From: an uncultured Rhodobacteraceae bacterium
GTDB taxonomy: Bacteria; Pseudomonadota; Alphaproteobacteria; Rhodobacterales; Rhodobacteraceae
DNA: 64,000 nt
Direction: 5' to 3'
Assembly: GCA_913062865.1 (NCBI GenBank)
Contig: CAJXWO010000001.1
Location: forward strand, 39,646 to 103,645
Of this stretch, positions 36,834 through 44,308 are shown one piece after another. The notes under the pieces are model-generated. The model did not search any database. It had not been told where the DNA came from and saw only the letters and a program-made list of their open reading frames with translations. The position numbers were made by a program, and so were the translations under genes. The stretch's first letter is position 1, and every line of letters starts with the position of its first letter.

Positions 36834-38329
36834 TGTTCGGCCTCCAGAAACTCGAGCGCGCCGCCGGTGCCGGGCCGCAGCGCGGCCTCCACCTCGAGCG
36901 CGGTGTCCGGTCTCATCGCCAGGACCGCCGCGCGCATGCGCCGGGCGACCTCGGCGGCCGCCGCATCGTCGCCGGGGATGTCCGGATCGTAGCTGCGCAG
37001 GACGAGCACCGGGACGGTGTGCATCCGCGCGCCCAGAATATGCAGCCCGACCCTGAGATCGGCGGCGCCTTCCTCGACGGAATTCATCTGGGCCTGAAAG
37101 GCCAGGTTGCGCAGCTGCACGTCATCCACCGGATCGCCGATCACGATCAGCTTTTCTGCATGGCCGGCCTCGATATAGGGGCCGGCAAATTTTTGCAGCA
37201 CCGCGTCGACCTGGGCGATGTTGTTCTTGAGAAGGTAGCCGCAGAACCAGCGCATCCCCTCGGTTGCGGTATCATCGGGATGCACGCCTGCGGCGCGGGC
37301 CACCTCGGTGCGCACGGCCTCCTTGGCCGCGTCGCGCGGCTTGTCCAGCGTCATGCGGTAAAGATCGGCGGCATCGACAAAACGGTCCGGGTCCATCCGG
37401 CCCGCTGCATCGGGGACATGGACGCGGATCGCATCCGTGTCGGTGTCGAGCCCGATCAGCAGAAGCGCGATCTCGTCGCCCGCGCCGTGCATGGCCTGGG
37501 CCGCGGCCTGAAACTCGATCAGGCGCTCGTGCAGGGCGGTGATGGCGCGGCTGTTGCAGCTGCCATGAGCTGCGCAGCCGGCGTGGGACGGGTCGACGCT
37601 CGAAAAATGGTAGACACCCACCTTGAGGTAACGCGTGCCCGCATCGGGCCTGTTGGGCCGGCCTTCACGGTGGCGGGTCAGCTCGACCTCTTCCCATTCG
37701 TGCAGGTTCTGCGCCACGTTGAACATCGCGCCTGCAAAGGACTTGCGCGCGGTCACGATCGACAGCGGGATCCGCAGCACCGCGCCCAGAAGGCCCGCAA
37801 GTCGACCGTCCGCGCAGGGCGTGATGTCGACCGCGTGAAAGCCCCAGCGCCGGATCAGCACATCCACGGGCTCACCATCGTCCGAGGCATAGCGATCCCG
37901 CTCGGTGCCGCTTTTGACCAGGGTGGCGAACAGACGGCAGGCCGCGCGGGCATGAAGCGCGCCCATGTTCAGCGGGGTCGTCCAGTCGGCTTCGAACCAG
38001 GCTGGATCGGTATCGAAACCGATGGCGGCCAGCCGTGCGGCGGCTTGGTCCGGAAAGCCTGCGTCGAACTGCTGGGGGGCAAGGCCGCGCAGCGTCTCGG
38101 ACAAGGTGGCAAAGCCGGTCTCGACCTCTGCCTCGCGGCGGTCGAGATCGCGCGCGATCTCGGGCTCGGCAAAGGGGTGGCGCCGTCCACCGGCCCGCAG
38201 ACCGGGTGCCGGGGCCGCCTGCGCCATCGCCGGTGCCATCGCAGGGCCGGGGCGCTGAGCGTAGGCGGGCGTCACTCGGTTGCCGCGCCAGGCCTTGTTC
38301 GGCCCGGAAGTGGTACGAAGCGCCGACAT
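36830..38329 (-). CDS. csoS3: Carboxysome shell carbonic anhydrase CsoSCA (CsoS3)
   Basis: 499 aa in the canonical position after csoS2. It has a CxDxR motif (TPCADGRL) and a later His/Cys pair (HFSSVDPSHAGCAAHGS), consistent with the beta-CA-like zinc site of CsoSCA. Confidence 0.85.
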   Translation of the reverse strand: MSALRTTSGPNKAWRGNRVTPAYAQRPGPAMAPAMAQAAPAPGLRAGGRRHPFAEPEIARDLDRREAEVETGFATLSETLRGLAPQQFDAGFPDQAAARLAAIGFDTDPAWFEADWTTPLNMGALHARAACRLFATLVKSGTERDRYASDDGEPVDVLIRRWGFHAVDITPCADGRLAGLLGAVLRIPLSIVTARKSFAGAMFNVAQNLHEWEEVELTRHREGRPNRPDAGTRYLKVGVYHFSSVDPSHAGCAAHGSCNSRAITALHERLIEFQAAAQAMHGAGDEIALLLIGLDTDTDAIRVHVPDAAGRMDPDRFVDAADLYRMTLDKPRDAAKEAVRTEVARAAGVHPDDTATEGMRWFCGYLLKNNIAQVDAVLQKFAGPYIEAGHAEKLIVIGDPVDDVQLRNLAFQAQMNSVEEGAADLRVGLHILGARMHTVPVLVLRSYDPDIPGDDAAAAEVARRMRAAVLAMRPDTALEVEAALRPGTGGALEFLEAEQ

Positions 38330-40416
38330 CAGCCCGCCGCCCCGCCGGAAACGGTGACCTTGGCGCAGCTGTCGGGCGTGCCGCCGGTCGCGCCGGTGAC
38401 CGGGCTCACGGGATCATTCGTGGGCGCTTTGGATTTGAACGGTTTGGCGCCTGCGAAGGCCTGAGCGCTGCCCGCCCGCTGGGACGGGTTGCGGTTCGTC
38501 GCGATATAGCCCTCGGTGCCGGTGACAGAGCTGTTTTCGCTCCAGCCCGAGCCGGTGATGGCGGCCCCGCGGGTCGCGCCTTCGCCGGTGATGTTGCCAT
38601 GGGCTGGACGCTGGCAGGGCTGACCGCCACGGCTGGGGGCCTGGAACTCGACATTGCCGGTGATCTTGCCGTCGCCCTGGGCGAAGGTGCCGGTGATGGC
38701 GGATGCGCCGCCCGGCTTGGCTGCCTCGGGGGCGGCTTCGCGGGCCCGGACATGGGAGGCGCGCTGGGGCGAGGAGACCGAGAACCCGGCGATCGACTGG
38801 GTCACGGGATCCTGTGCCCCGGCGTCGGGCTGGGTTTCGCCCTGCACGAAGTAGGCAGAGCCGGTGATGGCGCGGTCGGCACCCCGTCCGGTGCCGGACA
38901 CGGTGGGATCGTTCAGCGGCACGTCGCCGGTGATGGCGCGGGGGGCGCGCGGCGCGCGGCGGGCCGCCTCGGCCTCGGCCTGGGCAGGGTCGCACCAGTC
39001 CTGGGCCCCGGTGGCGCCATAGTAGGGCGTCCCGGTCATCGCCGCGCAGGTGCCGTGCTCCGAGCCGGTCACGCGGCCGTCATGTTCCATCATCGGGCCC
39101 GAGACCGTCTGGCCGCCCCAGGTCTGCGACAGGGTCACCTTGGCGCCGGTGGCGGGGTCAGAGCGTCCGTCAGCCGGGGCCGGGTCCATTTCGTCGCGGG
39201 CAGGGGCCAGGTATTGCGAGCCCGTAAGGCTGCGCGCGGCACCACCCTCGTCGCCGGTCACCCGGACCGAACGACCGATGGCGGTGCCCGAGACGGCGTG
39301 CCCGCTCAGCGTCTGTTCCACGGGGCGTTCCGTGTCCCGGCTGCGCGATCCCACGGCCCGGGCCGAACGGCCCAGATTGCTGCCAAACACCGACTGGCCA
39401 TGGGGCTGGGACTGGCGTTGGAACTGGGCACCGACGGCGACATAGCTGTCGGGGCGTGCGTCGAGATCGTCGGCCACGGTCTGATCCGCATTACCGGTGA
39501 TCCGCACATCGGCGCTGTCCTCGTCGCCGGTGATGCGCACGGTCGAGCGGACCATGGTGCCCGAGACGGTGAGGCCTGCATTGGTGCGGGCATGGCCGAC
39601 CTTGCCCATGGAGGCGCGGTAGCCGCCCTCGGCGCCGCCCACGTACTGGGTGCCGGTCAGGGGCTTGTCATAGCCCGCCTCGGCCCCGGTCATGGCGCGG
39701 CCTGCGGCATAGCTGAGCCCGGTCACGGTTGCGTTCGACACGGCGGTGGTGACGCTGGGCACCTTGGGCGGATGGGTGAGCTCGCCCCGGCGCGGGGACC
39801 GGGCGGGTTGAGCGGCCGCGGGTGCGGGTGCCCCGGACGCGGCTGGGGCAAGCTGTGAGCTGGGCACATCGGCGGGCATGGCTGCCTCGCGAAAGCCCGA
39901 GCGGACCCGCTCCTGCGCGGGCGGCAGGCCGCCCTTGCCCGCGGACAGCGCCTTGCGTCGGGCGATGGAGGCCTCGCGGCCCGACCCGAAAGCGGCCGAT
40001 GCGGCGGGTGCCGGAGTTGCAGGGGTGGCGGCCGCGACGTGCGGTGTGGCGGTGTCGGTATCGTTCGGCATGGCGGCCTCCCGGAAGCCTGAGCGCACGC
40101 GCTCCTTGGCCGGCGGCAATCCCCCCTTACCGGCCGACAGCGCCTTGCGGCGGGCGACGGACGCCTCGCGACCGCTGGGCACATGAACGGGGGGCAGGGG
40201 GGCGCTGACGGGCGCGGATGGGGCGGTGTCCGGCTCGTGCGCCGCCATCGGGGCGGGGGCGGCCGGCGTGTCGGTGGGCATCGCTGCGTCGCGGAAGCCC
40301 GAGCGAACCCGCTCCGATGCGGCGGGCAGACCCGCCTTTCCCTGGGACAGCGCCCGGCGCCGCGCCATCGAGGCCGCGCGTCCGGACATCCCTTGAAAAT
40401 TCGCATCAGTGCTCAT
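38329..40416 (-). CDS. csoS2: Carboxysome scaffold protein CsoS2
   Basis: 695 aa, repetitive and likely disordered. Three N-terminal repeats of the form GRxAS(M/V/I)ARR(R/K)ALSxGKxGLP(A/P)AxERVRSGFR(D/E)AAMP. The middle and C-terminal regions are full of (V/I/L)(T/S)G triplets. It lies between cbbS and csoS3. Confidence 0.9.
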   Translation of the reverse strand: MSTDANFQGMSGRAASMARRRALSQGKAGLPAASERVRSGFRDAAMPTDTPAAPAPMAAHEPDTAPSAPVSAPLPPVHVPSGREASVARRKALSAGKGGLPPAKERVRSGFREAAMPNDTDTATPHVAAATPATPAPAASAAFGSGREASIARRKALSAGKGGLPPAQERVRSGFREAAMPADVPSSQLAPAASGAPAPAAAQPARSPRRGELTHPPKVPSVTTAVSNATVTGLSYAAGRAMTGAEAGYDKPLTGTQYVGGAEGGYRASMGKVGHARTNAGLTVSGTMVRSTVRITGDEDSADVRITGNADQTVADDLDARPDSYVAVGAQFQRQSQPHGQSVFGSNLGRSARAVGSRSRDTERPVEQTLSGHAVSGTAIGRSVRVTGDEGGAARSLTGSQYLAPARDEMDPAPADGRSDPATGAKVTLSQTWGGQTVSGPMMEHDGRVTGSEHGTCAAMTGTPYYGATGAQDWCDPAQAEAEAARRAPRAPRAITGDVPLNDPTVSGTGRGADRAITGSAYFVQGETQPDAGAQDPVTQSIAGFSVSSPQRASHVRAREAAPEAAKPGGASAITGTFAQGDGKITGNVEFQAPSRGGQPCQRPAHGNITGEGATRGAAITGSGWSENSSVTGTEGYIATNRNPSQRAGSAQAFAGAKPFKSKAPTNDPVSPVTGATGGTPDSCAKVTVSGGAAG
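39874..40383 (-). repeat. Three tandem coding repeats (108 nt each, separated by P/A-rich linkers) encoding the CsoS2 N-peptides
   Basis: Repeats at 40276-40383, 40066-40173 and 39874-39981. Copies 2 and 3 differ at only 3 of 36 residues. Confidence 0.85.
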
Positions 40417-40484
40417 GGTTTATCCCGTTTTTCTGGGTCAGGCGGCTGGCAGAGCAGCGGCGCGGTGCGGCGTGCGGCGGCGGA

Positions 40485-40814
40485 TCAGGCGCGGTGGACG
40501 ACGAAGGCCATGCCCTGCGACTGGGCGTAGTTGTCATAGGCGATCAGGCGCACATGCATGCCCGGGTTGGCACGACGGCAGGCCTCGATCTCGGTCAGGA
40601 CCTCTTCGACCGACTGGGTGCCGAAAAGCGGCAGCTTCCACAGGTACCAGAAGTTCGAGAACGCTTTTTCCGGTTCGGTATATTCGACCGCCGGGTTCCA
40701 CCCGCGCGCGATGCAATAGGCGATCTGCTGGGCGATGCGTTCCGGCGTCATGGGCGGCAGGTACGAGAAGGTCTCGGTCCGGGGCTGTGTGGCGGGATAG
40801 GCGGCTTGGGACAT
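40485..40814 (-). CDS. cbbS: RuBisCO small subunit, form IA
   Basis: 109 aa: [10 protein letters not shown]...[16 protein letters not shown]...[11 protein letters not shown]...VRLIAYDN. Confidence 0.95.
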   Translation of the reverse strand: MSQAAYPATQPRTETFSYLPPMTPERIAQQIAYCIARGWNPAVEYTEPEKAFSNFWYLWKLPLFGTQSVEEVLTEIEACRRANPGMHVRLIAYDNYAQSQGMAFVVHRA

Positions 40815-40852
40815 GGGTCTCTCCGTAAATCTCTGGGCAGCGGGCGATGGGA

Positions 40853-42271
40853 TCAGCGCTGAACGTCAAGCTTGTCGACAGTGTCGAAGTCGAACTTGAT
40901 TTCCTTCCAGGTCTCCATGGCGATCGCCAGTTCCGGGCTGTGCTTGGCGGCGTCGGTGAGGATGGCGCGGCCTTCCTTTTCGACGGCGCGGCCCTGGTTG
41001 CGGGCCTCGGTACAGGCTTCGAGCGCCACGCGGTTGGCATGGGCCCCTGCCGCGTTGCCCCAGGGGTGACCCAGCGTGCCGCCGCCGAACTGCAGGCAGG
41101 CGTCATCGCCGAAGATCTGCACCAGCGCTGGCATGTGCCAGACATGGATGCCGCCCGAAGCGACGGGCATCACGCCCGGCATCGCGCCCCAGTCCTGGTC
41201 GAAGAACAGGCCGCGCACGCGGTTTTCCGGCACGAAGTGTTCGCGCATGAGGTCGACCCAGCCCAGCGTGGCCTCGCGGTCGCCCTCGAGCTTGCCCACG
41301 ACTGTGCCCGAGTGCAGGTGGTCGCCGCCCGACAGGCGCAGACACTTGGTCAGCACGCGGAAATGGATGCCGTGCATCGGGTTGCGGTCGACCACGGCGT
41401 GCATCGCGCGGTGGATGTGCAGCAGCATCCCGTTTTCGCGACACCAGTTGGCGAGGCCCGTGTTGGCCGTGAAGCCCGCTGTGAAGAAGTCGTGCATGAT
41501 GATCGGCGCGCCAAGCTCCTTGGCGAATTCGGCGCGCTTGTACATCTCTTCCGGGGTGGCGGCGGTGACGTTCAGGTAGTGGCCCTTGCGTTCGCCGGTC
41601 TCGGCCTCGGCCTTCTGGACGGCTTCCATGACGAACTCGAACCGGTGCTGCCAGCGCATGAAGGGCTGCGAGTTGATGTTCTCGTCATCCTTGGTGAAGT
41701 CGAGACCGCCGCGAAGACATTCATAAACGGCGCGGCCGTAGTTCTTCGCAGACAGGCCCAGTTTGGGCTTGATGGTACAGCCCAGAAGCGCGCGGCCATA
41801 CTTGTTCAGCCGGTCGCGCTCGACCTGGATGCCGTTGGGCGGGCCGCCGCAGGTCTTCACATAGGCCATGGGAAAGCGGATGTCCTCGAGCCGCAGCGAG
41901 CGCACGGCCTTGAAGCCGAAGACGTTGCCGACGAGCGAGGTCAGAACGTTCACGACCGAGCCTTCTTCGAACAGGTCGATCGGATAGGCGATGAAGGCGT
42001 AGAAAGCGGTGTTGTCGCCTGGGACCGCTTCGATCCGGTAGGCGCGTCCCTTGTAGTATTCGAGGTCTGTCAGAAGGTCGGTCCAGACGGTGGTCCAGGT
42101 GCCCGTCGAGCTTTCGGCGGCCACGGCGGCCGCTGCTTCCTCGAAAGGCACGCCCTCCTGGGGGACAACCTTGAACACCGCCAACAGGTCCGAGTCGAGC
42201 GGGATATAATCGGGGGTCCAATACGTCTTGGCGTAATCCTTGACGCCGGCTTGGTACGTTTTCTGAGCCAC
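40853..42271 (-). CDS. cbbL: RuBisCO large subunit, form IA (GTG start)
   Basis: 472 aa: [67 protein letters not shown] and [12 protein letters not shown]. An AGGAG RBS lies 7 nt upstream of the GTG. Confidence 0.97.
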   Translation of the reverse strand: MAQKTYQAGVKDYAKTYWTPDYIPLDSDLLAVFKVVPQEGVPFEEAAAAVAAESSTGTWTTVWTDLLTDLEYYKGRAYRIEAVPGDNTAFYAFIAYPIDLFEEGSVVNVLTSLVGNVFGFKAVRSLRLEDIRFPMAYVKTCGGPPNGIQVERDRLNKYGRALLGCTIKPKLGLSAKNYGRAVYECLRGGLDFTKDDENINSQPFMRWQHRFEFVMEAVQKAEAETGERKGHYLNVTAATPEEMYKRAEFAKELGAPIIMHDFFTAGFTANTGLANWCRENGMLLHIHRAMHAVVDRNPMHGIHFRVLTKCLRLSGGDHLHSGTVVGKLEGDREATLGWVDLMREHFVPENRVRGLFFDQDWGAMPGVMPVASGGIHVWHMPALVQIFGDDACLQFGGGTLGHPWGNAAGAHANRVALEACTEARNQGRAVEKEGRAILTDAAKHSPELAIAMETWKEIKFDFDTVDKLDVQR

Positions 42272-42342
42272 GCAACATCTCCTAAAGTCGAAATTCTGAG
42301 CAGGTGACTGCCCCGGTTGCTCAAACGTTACGCCCTGTGTGA

Positions 42343-42363
42343 ATTATTCGACCAATTAATAAT
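42343..42363. promoter_or_regulatory. Candidate LysR/CbbR operator in the cbbL / cbbR-like divergent spacer
   Basis: ATTATT-N9-AATAAT perfect inverted repeat (contains a T-N11-A core) in an AT-rich patch of the 117-bp spacer. Confidence 0.35.
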
Positions 42364-42388
42364 TGCGCCAAACGCATAAGTATGAGTA

Positions 42389-43279
42389 ATGGAATGTATG
42401 AGGGTCGAACTACGCCAACTCGAGATGCTGGATGCCGTTGCGCGGCACGGGTCCGTGACCCAGGCGGCGGGGGCGCTGGGGGTCACCCAACCGGCAATTT
42501 CCATTCAAATGCGGAAACTTGAAGATGTCGTGGGCCTTCCCGTCTTCGAGAAGGTCGGCCGCACGATCCAGCTGACCGAGGCCGGGCAGGAGGTGCTCAG
42601 CCACGCCCAGCGGGTGCGCCGTGTGCTCGACGATCTGGAAGAAAGCATTCACCACTACAAGGGTGTCAGCCGCGGCAGCCTGCGAATCGCGGTCGTGTCC
42701 ACGGCGAATTATTTCATCACCGAAGACATCGCGCGGTTCCGCAGGGCCCACCCGGATGTAGAGATCAATCTCAAGGTCGCCAACCGCGACCGCATCCTTG
42801 CCATGCTCGAGGCGAACGAGGTCGATCTGGCCATCACCGGGCAGCCGCCCGAGGACTCAGACCTCGTCGCACGGCCCTTCAAGGACAACCCGCTGGTCAT
42901 TATCGCACCCACGGATCACCCCCTGGTGGGCAGCCGGATCAGTGATCCGTCAGACCTTGCGCGGTTTCCTTTCGTCGTGCGCGAACCGGGCTCGGGAACG
43001 CGGGCCGCGATGGAGCGGATCTTTGGTGAACACGGGGTCGAGGTGAAGATTTCCTGCGTCCTGTCCTCGAACGAGGCGGTCAAGCAGGCGGTGCAGGCCG
43101 GGCTGGGGCTGGCCATGATCTCGCGCCAGACCACGGATCTCGAGATCGAGACAGGGCGGCTGGCCTGCCTGGTCAGCCATGTCTTTGCCATGGAGCGGAA
43201 GTGGTATGTCGTCTACCGCAATTTCCGCCGGATGCCGCCCGCCGCGTCCAAGTTCCGCAGTCAGCTCCTGAAGGCCTAG
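42389..43279 (+). CDS. cbbR: Second LysR-family regulator of CbbR type, divergent from the carboxysome operon
   Basis: HTH: LRQLEMLDAVARHGSVTQAAGALGVTQPAISIQMRKLEDVVG. 296 aa. An alternative ATG lies at 42398. Confidence 0.8.
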   Translation: MECMRVELRQLEMLDAVARHGSVTQAAGALGVTQPAISIQMRKLEDVVGLPVFEKVGRTIQLTEAGQEVLSHAQRVRRVLDDLEESIHHYKGVSRGSLRIAVVSTANYFITEDIARFRRAHPDVEINLKVANRDRILAMLEANEVDLAITGQPPEDSDLVARPFKDNPLVIIAPTDHPLVGSRISDPSDLARFPFVVREPGSGTRAAMERIFGEHGVEVKISCVLSSNEAVKQAVQAGLGLAMISRQTTDLEIETGRLACLVSHVFAMERKWYVVYRNFRRMPPAASKFRSQLLKA

Positions 43280-43497
43280 GCCGGCGCGGTCTGGCCCAGG
43301 CGTTGCGCCGCGTCGAGCGCGAGCGGCGACAGGCCGGTGCCACCCTCTGCGACAATTGCATCCAGTTCGGCCCGCATGCGCGGGTCCCAGAAATCGCGCA
43401 GATGCGCGGCCACGGCGCCGGGCTTGTCTGCGATGGGCTGGGTCTCGAAGAACCCGGCGATCTGGTTGGCCATGCGGATCAGCTTGTCATGCGACAT
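43276..43497 (-). CDS. fdsD: Formate dehydrogenase delta subunit
   Basis: 73 aa, MSHDKLIRMANQIAGFFE...HLRDFWDPRM, the typical FdsD family sequence. Last gene of the fds operon. Confidence 0.85.
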   Translation of the reverse strand: MSHDKLIRMANQIAGFFETQPIADKPGAVAAHLRDFWDPRMRAELDAIVAEGGTGLSPLALDAAQRLGQTAPA

Positions 43498-44308
43498 CGT
43501 GGGCTCCGGTCTCGATACGAGAGGGGTGGGCGTAAAGGTCGAACGCGCCCTTGCGGGCGAAGGCGGCGATGGTGATGCCGGCTGCCTGGGCTATCTCGAC
43601 CGCGCGGGCGGTCGGGGCCGAGACGGCGATCAGAACGGGGATGCCCGCCAGCGCGCATTTCTGAACGAGTTCGACACTGACGCGGCTGGTCATGACCACG
43701 GCGCCGGTGCCGGGATCTTCGCGCGATGCGGCCAGAGCGCCGATCAGCTTGTCCAGCGCATTGTGCCGCCCCACGTCCTCGCGCACGGCTACAAGCGTGC
43801 CGTCGGGCCGCAGGAAGCCTGCCGCATGGGCGGCATGGGTCCTGTCATGAAGCTGCTGATGCGCGCGCAACTGGTCGGGTGCCGAGGCGATCACGTCGCG
43901 GTTCCATCGCAGGTCCGGCGCGGCGACACGAGGCAGGGGGCGGATAGCTTGCTGCAGGCTGTCGATGCCGCACAGGCCACAACCCACCGGACCGGCCATG
44001 GCGCGGCGCCGTTCGGCCATCGCAGCGGCCCGCTCCGGGGACAGCCACATGCGCGCCTCGATGCCCTGGAGCTGTTCGACGATCTCGATCTCGCCCAACT
44101 GGGCCGGGTCCGACACGATCCCCTCGCTCAGGGAAAAGCCGCGCGCGAAATCCTCAAGGTCCGCCGGCGTGGCCATCATCACCGCCTGGGTCGCGCCATT
44201 GTAGACCAGCGCCACGGGCACCTCGTCGGGCAGCGCCCGGGTGATCCCGCGCGCCCCGTCCCCCCGGCTGGAGACACCGGGCACCGAGATATGCGCCCGC
44301 TTGGTCAT
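43487..44308 (-). CDS. fdhD: Formate dehydrogenase accessory sulfurtransferase FdhD (FdsC)
   Basis: 273 aa. Contains GCGLCG (the conserved cysteine loop), EDVGRHNALDKLIG and MTSRVSVELVQK. Confidence 0.9.
   Translation of the reverse strand: MTKRAHISVPGVSSRGDGARGITRALPDEVPVALVYNGATQAVMMATPADLEDFARGFSLSEGIVSDPAQLGEIEIVEQLQGIEARMWLSPERAAAMAERRRAMAGPVGCGLCGIDSLQQAIRPLPRVAAPDLRWNRDVIASAPDQLRAHQQLHDRTHAAHAAGFLRPDGTLVAVREDVGRHNALDKLIGALAASREDPGTGAVVMTSRVSVELVQKCALAGIPVLIAVSAPTARAVEIAQAAGITIAAFARKGAFDLYAHPSRIETGAHDVA

Noticed and set aside
38035-39858. 607-aa plus-strand ORF opposite csoS3/csoS2, plus several other ORFs in alternative frames of csoS2
   Set aside because: The repetitive, GC-rich csoS2 sequence is open in several frames. 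Only the minus-strand frame gives the CsoS2 N-peptide and VTG repeats and fits the operon junctions.
39874-40383. Regularly spaced DNA repeats that might be mistaken for a CRISPR array
   Set aside because: The repeats are 108 nt long, lie in frame within csoS2 and encode the conserved N-peptides. No cas genes or short palindromic repeat/spacer structure are present.
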